From the NCBI GenBank assembly GCA_051362555.1, contig CM120640.1, positions 9,300,001-9,364,000 on the forward strand: a stretch of 64,000 nucleotides of DNA, written 5' to 3'. Numbering within the stretch: position 1 is the first letter of the stretch; every line of letters begins with the position of its first letter. Source of the DNA: Lingula anatina. Lineage: Eukaryota > Animalia > Brachiopoda. Under the pieces are notes generated by a model. The model was not told the origin of the DNA. It saw only the letters and a list, made by a program, of their open reading frames with translations, and did no database searches. The translations under genes and the position numbers were made by a program. Positions 47,975-61,741 of the stretch are shown here, in pieces.

Positions 47975-50389
47975 CAGTGTCTCTGTCATGGAACTTTCCA
48001 ACATGTTTTCTTTCTTTCTTTTTTTTAATTTGAGGGAAATGTCAAAACTTTTTCACTTTAACACTTAAAATTTTTCAGGATTGGACAATAGTAACGTATC
48101 AAAAAATTTCAATACAAAAGCTTGTGAGCTATTGGAGTTATTGAACATTGAAATTAGTAACGTTTTTTATTAGAGTCGCCATTTGACACGGACTTTAGAC
48201 ACGGACTCAATGTTCACTCTGCTAGAGAGCTAGCATTAGCTGTTACCAAGTTTTTATGCAGTTTTGTAGGAGCTACAAGACCTCTGAGGGGAGAGCACTG
48301 AGAGCACAGATAATATACTCCGGGACCTAGGATCCCAAAAAGGTTTGGCGGAGGGGACATTTAAGTCCATTTTGAACGGCGGTTTACGTTTTTTAATAAA
48401 TTCTTTCCACTTGCAATGGATTTATTAGCTTGTATTTTAAAAAGTATGTTAAAACTGGCATCACGTTTGAGGTTGAATAATACGTTTACAGAAAAAATAT
48501 AAAGTCATACGGGTTTTACTCATGGTGCAATTTTGTAACATGAAGTGTAAAATTATGTCAAAGTTAAAAGTGCTTAACAACTTTCCAGAAACATCTGTTG
48601 TTCTAAAACAATGACAGGTTCAAAAACCGAGACAAACTGGTTGACTTTTTCCAAGGTCATCCCGTTTTATTTGTTTTGTTTTATTTTTTAGCACGTTTAC
48701 TGTCGAGCTATTAATATCCGTGTTCGCAAGAAGTCTGGAAACAAACTACTCAACTTCCTGATAAAATTTGACAGACTTCCATATGTTAGATGACGCACAG
48801 CATCACAACTTAGGAGCCTTTTAAATATATAAGAACTGCTGTTAATTCACTCCCCCTTCACTATTACTTTATATTTCCTTATGCTTGTAACTTGCGTTTG
48901 ATGAAATGATGGTTTTGAGAGCATTTTGTTACCATTTGTAGTTTTCCCTCGAAGTCAACTTTCATGGTAGAGTATCAAGGTGACCTTGCAGTTCATTTTG
49001 CCGCATGCTGAATGCGGGTTGTTTTGGCTGTCTGTCTCATAACGAAGGCGTAAACAACAGCTTCCATAGTGCCTCATCTTATTTCACTGTCCAAAAGGAT
49101 GTGGTTGTAAACTTCCGCAACCACCTATAACCCCCACCCACCGCATTTTAAACTCTTTCTACCGTTCTGAAGCTGTCTACAAACTGGGATTCGACATCTT
49201 TGTTTATTAAAATATTCTGCAAATACATGTATCAAACTACCTACTGCACCACAAGATTTTCACGGGGTTTTTCAAAATGTTGGGTTGGGAAAGACCCACG
49301 AAAAAGGGGAAGAGATTTTTATTGGGTGCACTAGAAACTTATTATCTGTTAACACACACAAAAAAAACGATTTGTTTCCATACCAGGTAACTATGACAAA
49401 TAAGGGTTTTTCCAGTACTTATGTAAGCATTCTTGTCGGAGCTTACACTTGCTAAAAAGTATGGATTATTCAGAAACAATACCATTAGTGTGATAACAGC
49501 AAGACCAATCCTACAAAAAATGTATTATTCAGTTCCTTTAGATATGCAGAGCTTCTATCAATTTTCAAATTTGATGGATAGATTTTGAATGGCAACTGCA
49601 GACGTCAGTCACAGAAACGTACATTAAGGCTACTAACTCAGACTTATCACACATCCCTTACCATCTACCAGTATTTTGTGCATTACTCAAGTAATACCGT
49701 CAGTATTGATAACTTGAAAATTGATTTCCAATTATTGCTTAAACCATGGACATAATAAGAGATCTTATTAGGTCCATGCTTAAACCAGTTACATCAATGG
49801 TTTTGTGAAAATTAATAAGAAAATTGAATATGTTTCCAGTTTTCAAAATATCCTGTTTTCAGCAAGAGTAGATAGGTAATTTTAATATTTTCATGTAGAT
49901 AGGATAGGCGATATAAATCTGGATTCATTCTGCATGAGAAAACTACTGTTACATGTGTTTAAGAACAATTAAGAGGTTTGCAGCAAAGTAAAAATGGTAC
50001 GTCGCTTCTTCCTCTACCAGGGCCACAATTGGATTTTTACGAGATATTCAAAGATAAATCTCACAATTATCTGCAGTACACAGTAGAGAAAAGAGCACAT
50101 AATTACTACTGTGTTGTATACAGTGCAGGAAAGAACAGATAACTACTACTGTGCCCCGGGTAGAGATGCCCCCCCCCCCCCCCCCCTTCTCGGTATCCTA
50201 GCTTTAAGACAAGTTTTAAGGTAGAAAAGGGATGAGTACATTTGTACTTCTTTGCTGTAGAGGAATTTTCCGCTCATTTTCCCAGATTTACTTTTCACGA
50301 GTGACATTCTGGAACATTCACGGCAGTACTGAGGGTATCTTGTTACAGAGCCTGGCAGCCAGTTCTACCAAGCTGTGCATTTCACAACT

Positions 50390-50712
50390 ATTACGCTGTG
50401 ACGTAGCGGTGACTCATTGGCTGTTTTCACACGGCCCTCTAACTTCCATTCATTGATAAATCCTGTGATCTTTGACCCCACTTCCTTTTATAGCAAAGAG
50501 ACCGTGACGTTTCAATGATGAATATTTATAACCAATGAAATCTCTCAGAAACTCAGAAAAATCAATATAAGAGCGATTTCTGTGTTTACGTGTCTCAGAA
50601 TAAGATTCAGCGTTTCAAAACAAAACAGACTGTCGACTACACTAGTAAAACGTTTAACGGAATATTTTCAAGATTAACAAGACATCAAGACAGAATCTGA
50701 GAAGCAGAAAAG
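50390..50712 (+). promoter_or_regulatory. Putative SLC6 promoter and non-coding first exon
   Basis: CpG-retaining region with CRE half-sites TGACGT (50399, 50505), AP-1 TGACTCA (50410..50416), CCAAT/ATTGG boxes and donor AAG/GTATAT at 50712/50713. Motif-level evidence only. Confidence 0.4.
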
Positions 50713-52020
50713 GTATATTTACTCTTTGTTTATAAACATTAGTGCGTAGACTACCGCGTGTACGATTTACGATACGAGCATTGTTTCTCCGAATACAGGT
50801 GCCCTATGTTTTTTATTAACATTTTATGTATGGGCTAATAATACACATGCTAAACGTGATATATACGTACCGTATATGTTAGATAAAAATGTATTAGATA
50901 TGGTATGTCTTAATACAAATAAACAAGTATTTATGCCAAGGTGACCAACCATAACGGACCAGCTACTACTATTTCTACCCCCTGCTGACTTACGTTTTTG
51001 TATACTCAGAAACAAGACGTTCCCATGTAATTGTAATAATGTATTGTGAGAAGTCAATAGACAAGGGCAGCTGCTCTGTTTATTATAAAGCAGAGATAAA
51101 GGACAGGGCACGTGGGATGGTCGCGGACTCGATTCATCAGACCGCGATGTGCGGATGTAAAATTAGCATAATTCCAGGAAGGGTTAGAGGTCGGTTAAAT
51201 ATCGGAAGTTTGTTGGATATAAAAGGGAACCACTTCAATGTGGTGGTTTCAGTGACTGTTTACAAATTAACAGCGCGGTAAGCGAGGCCACATCATAAAA
51301 ATCAATAATCTATTTAGGAGCAGGTCTGTGATCGGTAGACAGCATACGCGGTTACGAGAACGACCATCAAAACGCAGGTAAATTGTAAAATAATGTTGAT
51401 AGCAGCTCAGATATTAACTTCGTTCACTTTATTACTCGACTGAATTCAGTTAATTTGTAGCTTTTGTCGGCCTGGTTGTTTGTAAATTGTTAAGTCTTTG
51501 CATTTGCAAACGCGTATGTCAATTTTAAGGGAAATAGATAGTGCTATGTTTATTATTGGCTGCAAACTGGCATTAAATCAGTGAAGATTCAGGTAGGCTT
51601 GCCAAAATTGCCTTCGTCTCTGTGCGAGTAATTTACTATTGATTCGGCGGGTGAAAGCCAGTACTAAATGCCACACTGAAGGAATTTGCGTCATAGTGCT
51701 ATTCCTGAGAGGGCGACTATGTCCTCTACTGCAAGCGTAAATTGAAAAGAAATCCAATTTTCTTGCTTGAAAAGTTGTTGCGCTTTATATCTTGGAGGTG
51801 TGCCAAGATTTCTACTTTCTCCCCAAATATGTTAATAATGATTCCCAAAGGCTTAGAATACCTATTTACTCAGGCAGGACGTAGTCAGAAGAGAGCGAGT
51901 CACTGTCTGCGCTATGAACTGATATTAAGGTTATGAACAATATTATTTTATGGGTTTATTCCAATAAATTCATACAGGACAACTTTTTTGCATCAAGAAG
52001 TTTAGTTATTGATACTAATA

Positions 52021-52181
52021 CAGTGGTGGATTTCTTTTGGTTTCTGGAAAAATCACCAATATTCCCCTCTTGATATTAGAAATTTGAAGAGCTCGATGAT
52101 AGGTCTAAACTGCACCAAGTGGCACCGTTTGCCCTCCAAAACACTGAACCCCCCCTTCAAATAATCCTGGATCCATCCCTG
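52021..52181. mobile_element. Degenerate short MITE (CAGGGGCGGATCCAG-type)
   Basis: Imperfect terminal inverted repeats CAGTGGTGGAT ... CTGGATCCATCCCTG with an internal C-run. No TSD recognisable. Confidence 0.4.
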
Positions 52182-52332
52182 CAACATGCCCATTCAAAAT
52201 CTTGTTAGCTTCATGAGCTGTAAAAACTTCATATTTTGAGAATATGCTCTTAATTGTACAATGGCAAAAATAGGTGATGATGAATAACTTTGGGGACTGT
52301 ATTACATGGAATAAATGATCAAGAAAATGCAC

Positions 52333-52337
<5 letters not shown>

Positions 52338-52381
<44 letters not shown>
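52338..52381. repeat. (AT)n microsatellite
   Basis: Perfect dinucleotide run. Confidence 0.95.
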
Positions 52382-52382
<1 letters not shown>

Positions 52383-53659
52383 TGTTGTGATGGTAGAATT
52401 AAGTTGCAGGTAATGCTGGTTAAACTTTATGGTATTTCGAGTCTTTAGGTTGTTTTAATATAGAAAGTAGATGCCACTGTAAGACCTGTTGTCCATTGAT
52501 TTAATATCAGAAATGTTCATGTAAAAATATCAATGGAATCAACATGCTATAAAATATTTATGCTACGCTCTATGTTCATTACTTTTTGTAAAGGGATATA
52601 TGGCAAAAGTTGAATGTCCCAAGTGAAATAATACTCAGTATTTTTTATCTGCTGTTCTCTGGGATAAATGCTTCTCTAGATTGTATTAGACAACAATGTT
52701 ATCATCTCTCACCAGCTAACCACTCATCACTGAGATATTATTTCAAAGATATTATATTATTTAGAAATTACCCTGGTGAAATAGCTGTCAATAATATAAT
52801 ACCATGCTGGTTTTACTGGTCTTTGATGAGGTACCTGTATATTGCATGACTGATGTCATCCAGATGGATACCTGTGTGGGTGAATTAATTAATCCTGTAA
52901 ATATGTCAGCCATTCCTCAATTTTCCACTGAAAAGGTTCATTATTATGTCTGAAATGAATAGCTACAAACATCACATTCGGAAGATGAGCAATTAACACA
53001 CTGAGTCAAAAGTTGACATTGGATAGGTTTAAAGGACAGTTTTTTAATGTGAGTGTGCATAGCATTAGGACAACTGACGGATGGTAAACCATGTAATACC
53101 ATGCTACATTGCATTTTAAATTCGTTTTTTTCCTTGATTTGTATGCAATGGATAGAGCACAATGCTAACAACTTCACAACAAAACACGATCTACCTGCAT
53201 AATGTCATCTAATGGATAACTGACGCTTTCTATAAAATAAACATGTTTACAAACAACAAGTGAAAAGATACACATGCACTTTGATAATGTTCTTTAACCC
53301 AAGTGGTTTACCAGTACATCAAGGTTACCAAGGAAGGTGAAGTTTGCTGTTGATCTACATGTAAATTCCAGGGTATATTCATATTTAAAGCATATAATAC
53401 TAGACTGTTCCAGCAGGATGTGGTACTTTGCACTGTCTACATTCCACATGGGTTAGGCTGAAATTGATAAATAACCTCCAGTGTTTTCATTTCAGGACAT
53501 CCTGTTCTAAAAGGAAAGCATAATTATTAATTTTTTTTTGTTTTGTTTTTTGTTTAAACAATGTTTTACAGTGTTTTCTAAATAAAATATTTCAACTGTT
53601 TTTCAGAGAAAGTTAAGTACACTAGTCCTGATCAATAAGAGTTTACACCTGAGGTAAAC

Positions 53660-55167
53660 ATGGAGGTGAGAATGTAGTTAAATAGTTATTGAAAAGCACA
53701 CTCGATCATCACTGTCATGGATATTTGCATACTTAAAGAATATTTTGATATTTAACTACACAGCCAATAATATATGTGTCTTGATATAAATCAATACAAA
53801 CAATGCACCAGGATATTTGAGGAAAACAACTGCAGGCACCAGACCAGGTACAGCATATCACTTAAAGTTAACTTTTTTTTACAATATTCTATTAATATTG
53901 CTAGTGACATATTCTCCACTCCAGAAAAAATGCCTATGCAATACAATGCTTTTATCACACAGCTTTATTTGTTAATTGATTATTGTACTCTGTGGTTTCA
54001 AGGTTATTTTTTTTTTCCCGTAGAAGAAAGCAGGCAATTATCCAGAAGTAATTGACATGGAAGATGAAGATGTTGCAAACTTCAGCAGCCAGCAGAAGAT
54101 GTTGGAAAGTAATGACAATGTTTTTGATGAGATCGTTGAAGAGGATGACGATAACCGTGGCAACTGGACTGGAAGATTTGACTTTTTATTATCTCTGTTA
54201 GGATATTCTGTTGGACTGGGCAATGTGTGGAGATTTCCTTACCTTGTCTATAGCAATGGTGGAGGTAGGCAATTACTTTTAATTATTTTTGTTTGTTTGT
54301 CTGTTTTTTTTATTTTTTTTTTTTATTTTTTTTTTTTTTTATAAATTTGGGGGGGGGGTCAACATTATTTCCAACAAAGGAAATATGTAATCAGTGAATT
54401 ATTATTGACCACCCATTTAAAGAAGAGAAACAGTATACAGCAGCAGAATATCATAAGAAGAAACCTTGCCACCCAGTGGTTTTATATCTATTTATATCTA
54501 AATAAAATCAGCATTACATTTAGATATAAATAGATACAAAAATTAAGATTGAAAAAAAATGATTAAAATAAAGACGTTCAGGTCAGGGTTTCAGTGTGGC
54601 ATGATACACACAAGCACAGTGTTGTGTTCTTTTAGAATTGGTTTTATTCAGATGCTCTGACTATGCCTGGAGATATATAGCGCCTGTTTGATTTTTGACA
54701 TAAAAAAGCAGAAACTTTTAACTTGAAAAGCTTTCAGATCTACTAGAAGTCTTGATTAAAAAGTAGAGTTCTCTTAAGGGCATCATTTATCAAAACAACA
54801 GCCAATGAATCCTCAAAATATCATGTGACTTTTTATTTAATTTAAACCCCATGATGTATGTCTCTGAAGGATGTGAAAATGGTAAATATATATCTGCCAT
54901 GATGCTCTTTAACAGCCTTCCTGTAAATTGATGCATAATGCATATCCTGTTCCCTTGGTAATGATGTGGACATTTTATTGGCTCACAGCTTCTGGAGTAG
55001 ATATTAAATCTCCTTAATTTAGTGAAAATGGACAAAGAGCTTTTAGAAGGACTGAGAAAATGAACAAAAAACTCAAACATATTTTGGAAAAAGAGCACAA
55101 GCATTACCAAAGATGCAAGTTTACAGTGGACTGATATTTTGGTGAAAGAAGCTGACCTTTACACACA

Positions 55168-55200
<33 letters not shown>

Positions 55201-58200
55201 GGTTAAAGTTATTTTTTGTAGATAGTGTAAAGACATTTTAATATCTGGCAAATTCTGGATGAATCTCCCTCCATAATCTCTTTTCAAGGGTAGACCGTTC
55301 GATCATCTGTATAAGGTTTTAAATAATGTATAGATTGCATCATAACTCAGATCACAATTGCCCTGTACTTATAAATAACAAGTGACAAAATTAGCTTTTA
55401 GGAAATAGGTAGACCATCGATTACTTGTCTCAGGTTTATGTGTAAGACTTCAGACATGTGCCCGCCTACCATTCCAATTACTTGATTGGATGATGACATT
55501 ATGCTTTGTAGCTCCCCAAGTGGATTATCGATCAAATAATCTTCCAGGCTATGTAGAAAGAAAAGTAGATATATTCCATTGGCAGGGTGCCAGATTTTAG
55601 TGCTCCTTGAATAAGTGATAAAAAACTGTCTTACTTGTGGTTTCATGGCAAACAGTGTGCCTTCCTGTCCTGCAGATAAAATTGGCATGAAATCAATGTG
55701 GAGTGTGCTGAACAGATTTTCTGTAAATATTAATGTGAACCCAGTGTATAATGCAATGCCTGGTAACTGTATGTGTACATGTAACTTGTAGGCAGTGACA
55801 GTTTTACTTTTAAGTTCAGTGTAGCAGCATTACTTAGTGATTTTTTTACTTTTCATTGTTGTTGGTGGTAATGCCCCCATCACACTAGAGGTGGAATGAG
55901 CAAGAATGCCATCGGAAAGACAATTCTTTGTGTGCTCCTGGATATTCGAAGAGCATTCTAAAAATTCTGAGTGCATTCTAAATATTTTTACCCATTCTTG
56001 TGGCATCCCGAATGTTTTTGTCATGTCAAAAACTTTTGAAGTGCATTCCAAGTGGAAATTTATCGAATGGCATTTGAACAGTATTCTAACTGCACTATGA
56101 CTGCATTTTAAATATTCTCACGGCATTCTGACAGCATTCGAAACATTCTTATCACATTAGAGGAATATTTAAACTTATTCGAAATCAGTAGGAATCAAGC
56201 CGGAATTACTAAATTAAAAAATTTGTACCATATTCTGGAGTGAATTTCAAATTATCATAAAATATTACGGCTTTGTAAGAATGCCTCTGGAATACTAAGA
56301 AGGCAAATCGAACCCACCTGGAATGATTCTTGCACATTTCAGGTATATTACCTCTCAAATGCAGCTCTAATGTAGTTGGAATACTGTAGGGATATTGCGA
56401 CAAATTTCCTCTTGGAATGCACTTCGAAAGTTTTTGACATGACAAAAACATTCGAGCCGGCCACAAGAATGGGTAAAAATATTTGGAATGCACTCAGAAT
56501 TTTTAGAATGTTTTTAGAATGCTCTTCGAATATCCTGGAATGCACAAAGAATTGTATTTCAGATGCCATTCTTAATCATTCCACCTCTAGTATAATGGGG
56601 ATTTTATATCCCGCCACAATGTTTCGAATATGCCTCGGATGAGCTGAAATATTAATTTTGCCAGCAATCGAACTACACTAGTGCGCCGTTCAAAGTATAT
56701 TCTAAATATTCTTACTGCCTTCTTACAGCATTATAAATATTCCTAGTTTTCCAACTATATTCGAACTGCTTTTGAGAGCTAATACAGTCGAAAGTGAACT
56801 CATCATTCCAGGCGAATTCAAGTGCATTCTGAGTATTCCAACGGTACTCTTACAATAATAAAGGTCAATTTGAAATTTTTCCCCGAATGTGGTGCAAATT
56901 ATAAAAATTCTTCGTTCAGGCTCATTCTTCTTCACTTCTGCTGATTCCGAATAAGTGTGACGGGGGTATAAGGGTTGCCTTTAATGAAATGACCTAGGAG
57001 TCATTGAAATCATCAACCAATTATTTTCTTGGAATTCATTATTTTAAACAAACTGGCTAAATTTCCTGCTGAACTCATTTAAATACACATTTGCTGAACA
57101 TTCAAAAAATTGCAATCATTGTTAATATTGCCACTAACAAGACAATTTATGGACACCGATATCTGCTCAAACAAGCCTGTCCCATTACTAAAACAATTAT
57201 ATCCTATTAAGACGTTTAATGATACATTATTCTTTCTCATTTTCTCATTTCAGGAGCATTTGTGCTGCCCTTTATTATAATGTTACTGTTGGTTGGTTTC
57301 CCCCTGATGTTTATGGAACTGGCCTTTGGTCAGTATGCCAGCCTAGGGCCCATTGCCATCTTTGAAAGATTCTGTCCACTTTTCCATGGTAAGTTAGTGA
57401 ACATCTGATATTCACATCACGTCACAAGAAATAAAATTGCATGGGCTGTCATAATGCACAGTTCATAAGTGTACCAGAAGCAATTATTTTGAAAGCTGCT
57501 TATTCATCAACCTATTGTAAGATTCATGGGCTTATATATTCAACCATAAGTATTTTTCAATACCATTATCATTTACATCATCTTGCTTGAGACATCTGAC
57601 AAACATAATGTACCATATCTGTTTTCTGTATAGTTAAGTACAATTTATTATTTTTTTTCATGTAGGCCTTGGTGTTGGCATGGTGATTGTGTCAGCCATT
57701 GTCTCCCTGTACTACAACATGATCATAGCTTGGACAATATTCTATATGGTGGCATCATGCACAGATTATTTGCCTTGGGAGACTTGTGATCCCAAATGGA
57801 GCTCTAATGGTTAGTATAAAAGTGTTAGACATGTTTACTTCTTCTCTAAATTGAAGCTTGGAGCACCTTAAGATATATTCTTTGCTCATGAAAACCATTA
57901 CCATTGTATGATTCTTTGGTGAATTTCACCCTTTTTTCAAGTTTAATAATTTACTAAAATGAGGTTTTTATTTCTATTTATGATTTTTTCCAGACTGCTA
58001 TTCATACAAAGATGCTGAATACTGCCAGGCAACCAATGGGAGCCTGTTTTACAATCGAACATGTTTCAATAGTTCATTAGTGGAAGACTTTGGAATAAAA
58101 GATTTGGTAGTGAATATGACTAAGAAGCCTCCTGCAGAGGAATATTTCAAGTAAGTGGCCTTTATCTTTTTTGTTTTATTTTGTAAAAGTTGACAAATCT

Positions 58201-61200
58201 CTTTTGTTTCTTTGTGGCAGTGTATGTATAATAATTCATGTGCTGATTTTTTACTAAGGCGAAAATATTATGATATAAAGAAAATAAAAAGTAAATTTAC
58301 AAATTTAACTTTTATTTTTATTTTTAAAAATTCTTATACCTTCAGATATAGAAAAACAGGTGCAGTAATACTATGATTAACATGTTATTTCACATTTCAG
58401 GAATTATGTTCTCGGCCAGACAGCTGGCATTGGTGATCTTGGTGGACTGAAATGGGAACTTGCTTTGTGTTTGTTGGCAGCTTGGCTCATTGTATTTGTA
58501 TGTCTTAGTAAAGGGGTGCAGTCATCAGGCAAGGTAGGATGTTTTTCCTTTTTTTTCCTATGTATCAATCATCACTTTGAGATCCAAAATGTCAAGAAAG
58601 GAGTCTCTAATTTTTGTCCCCACCCACACATTATTACACCCACCACTTGGTAGTAAGTTTTAAAAATTACTGTATATACATCAATATTCAGGGCATTTCA
58701 CAGAATATTTTAGGGCTTAATTTAATATTTAATTAATATTTAAAGGCTGGTTTTATAATACTGTCTCTCCTACACTTACATTCTGTTTTTGAGAGATGGT
58801 GTTCCTTTTAATTATTCCATTTGATTATTTACCTTTTTGATATTGCTATCACTATTGCTTTTTCATTTGCTCTCTCTCTCTCTCTCTCTCTCTCATGATA
58901 TATAATAATAAATTAAACAAAAATATAATTATTTTTCTAATTGCAAATTGAAGTTATGCATCTTTGTTATCTTTTAACAGGTTGTCTACTTCACAGCTCT
59001 GTTCCCTTATGTTGTTCTGATCATCCTGTTCTTCCGCGGCGTCACTCTGCCAGGTGCTGTGGATGGAATCATTTGGTACCTAAAACCAGACTTCTCCCAG
59101 CTTGGAACAGCCAAAGTATGGGTGGATGCAGCTGTCCAGATATTTTTTGCCCTCAGTCCAGCCTGGGGTGGACTCATCACGTTGTCCAGCTACAACAAAT
59201 TCAGCAATAATTGCTTCAAGTAAGATGTTTTCAAATTGATGCTTTAATTATTACAAGGCCAATGAATAGCTTGTATCTAGGATATAGTTTTTTATAAATT
59301 GCATAGCATTGATTCGGGTACACTTTCAAAGAAATCAGTTATGTATTTTTCAATAACATAAATTGCATGCAAGAAAATTTTTTCGCCTATTTTGTTAATA
59401 AATAAATGAAAATATATCAGTATTTATTTACAGTTCTAAGTCTCACATAAAAATCTTTTCTTTCATCAGAGATGCCCTGATAGTGTCCATAAGTAATGTG
59501 TTGACAAGCTTGTTTGCTGGTTTTGTGATCTTCTCCATCATTGGGTTCCTTGCCCATGAGCTAAGCCAACCAGTGGATAAGGTGGTAGATGAAGGTAAGG
59601 AATACATATCTGCTGGAATAAAATGATTAATGTCAGAATATTCAGAAATAATGTGGTTAGCATAATGAATTGGTCTCAGCAAATTATTCACCAATTAGAA
59701 ATCTGTCCTAATTAAATTTTTTTCTTGAATTTTCTTAAAGAATTTCAAATACATTACAGGCATTATATGTAATTAGTGCTTATTTAACCTATGTTCAAAC
59801 ATCATATAAATTTTAAATCATTCTAACTTAACATAATATAATATTTTTATTTGTTTTATAGGAGCAGGTCTTGCATTTATTGTGTACCCAGAGGTAGTGA
59901 CCCGCCTTCCCATCTCACCATTTTGGTCTTTTCTGTTTTTCTTCATGATGTTGACACTGGGGCTTGATAGTCAGGTAAGCAAAGAATTCAATTTCAATTT
60001 TAATTCTTATGTCAGAAATACAGAATGGATTGGTAATTGTAGAGGAACAAATTTTCTGGTATTTCCATCTCTAAAGAAACTAACCGTTTTATTTTTATTA
60101 ACAGTTTGCTTTGCTGGAAACTGTGACTACTGCCTTCCTTGACCGCTTCCCACAGTTCCGTGAGAGAAAGGTGTTCGTGGTTCTGGGAATGAGTGTTCTT
60201 GGTTATCTTGGTGGACTTATCATTTGCACTAAAGTAGGTATTTGGGATGAAATATTGGTAATTCATCGTATTTGAAGAAACACTATATGCATATATGCTT
60301 TAAGATGTTAATTTATAATTTTATTTATTTTTCATCTATTCATTTATCTATATATTTGTATGTGTCATCTTTGTCTTGGTAAATTTTTGTCAGATTCCAT
60401 ATCTTATCTTACCTATATCTTAATTCTCTGTGGTATATGGTGTTTAATATTTTAAAACATTTTAACTTTTATTGCATATTTTGCAACAATGTATTTTAAC
60501 TCAGTTCGTGTTTTTATCACAGGGTGGTATCTACATTTTATCTCTGATGGATGCCTATGCTGCCAGTTGGTCTGTTTTCCTCATAGCCATGACAGAGTGC
60601 ATTCTCATTGGATGGGTTTATGGTGAGCAGAATTTTTGTCCTAGGAAATAATTCATCTATTTCGTCAAATAGAAATTTAATGCTTTGAAGCTTAATGCTA
60701 AGTTGTGACTCAATTTTTATTTATTTATTTATTTTAGAAATTATACACTTAATTTCACAATATCTATTTGCCCATTTTAGGAGCTGATAGGTTCCTGAGG
60801 AACATTGAAGAAATGATTGGTGAACAGGGCCGTGTATTTAAATATTTCTTCTCCATTTTCTGGAAAATCCTTAGCCCTGCAACTCTTCTGGTAAGTGTTT
60901 GTATCATCAAATTTTATTAATAAGTTAATACACTTAAATTTCCTTATGACTTTATATTTTTAGAGGAATCTAGTTTAATTGAAGTGTAACATTAAACCAG
61001 TATTCAATATTAAAAACCTGAAACCTAATCCCAAACATAATACACAGAACATATGAAATATTTGCAATACACAATGCTAAATATCAATGCAGTTTTAATT
61101 TGTCTTTCAGTTTTTGTTGATTTTCAACTGGGTGCAGTACAAACCTCTGACATCAGGCAGTTTTGTGTACCCCATGTGGGCTAATGTCATAGGCTGGCTA

Positions 61201-61741
61201 ATGGCCTTGGCACCTATTATTGCAGTATTGGTATTAGCTGCCATAAAGTTATATCAGGCTCCAGCTGAAAAATCTTTTCTAGAGGTGAGAGTTTAACATT
61301 TTCTTCTTCATTGAAATTTTAATTTGCCATACTGTTTTAATTTTGGCAAATGAAATTATATTGTTGTGTATTCTGTAATGATTTATTATTATTATTATTA
61401 AACTACCAATCTATCTTTGTCAAATTTCCAATCTATTACCGTTCAAAGAAATTGCTATTTTTGATGCCTTGGTATACCAGGAAAACCTGTATTTAATGAA
61501 CAGAATACCAGGATATGATACAGCTCCAAAACGTCAATTTATTTCTATTTAACTCCAGAAATTTGTCCATCTTCTTCAACCCTCTGCTGATTGGGGTCCA
61601 GCTCGAGTTGCAGAGAGCCAGGACAGTGTTGCCTCAGCAGTAATCTACAGACCAAAGCTGCCCTCTACAGAAGGAACAAAAATAGTCAGCCGGCAGAACA
61701 GCACCAGTAGCACCTACAACACATTACCTCAGATGGAGTAG
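53660..61741 (+). CDS. SLC6 sodium:neurotransmitter symporter, amino-acid (glycine/proline transporter-like) clade
   Basis: Exons: 53660..53665 (ATG GAG), 54024..54264, 57254..57388, 57666..57809, 57994..58150, 58401..58533, 58981..59219, 59470..59594, 59862..59974, 60105..60233, 60523..60622, 60781..60890, 61111..61284, 61559..61741. Motifs: [53 protein letters not shown] (GlyT2-like), [20 protein letters not shown]. An alternative start is possible at 54057. Confidence 0.93.
55161..55200. repeat. (CA)n microsatellite
   Basis: Dinucleotide run with one interruption. Confidence 0.9.
55874..56966. mobile_element. Foldback/MITE-type element(s) with about 190-bp inverted arms, plus an adjacent related copy
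   Basis: 55874..56061 is the reverse complement of 56402..56600, and the ORF track shows the same pseudo-peptides on both strands. The left terminus CCCCCATCACAC also matches GTGTGACGGGGG at 56955..56966. The interior is rich in GAAT/ATTC units. Confidence 0.75.

Noticed and set aside
54775-55140. Possible TTAA-flanked Kolobok-like MITE
   Set aside because: The terminal inverted match is too imperfect to support by eye.
55830-56642. Paired similar ORFs on opposite strands (possible toxin-antitoxin-like or duplicated gene)
   Set aside because: A direct consequence of the inverted repeat; there are no splice signals or protein motifs.
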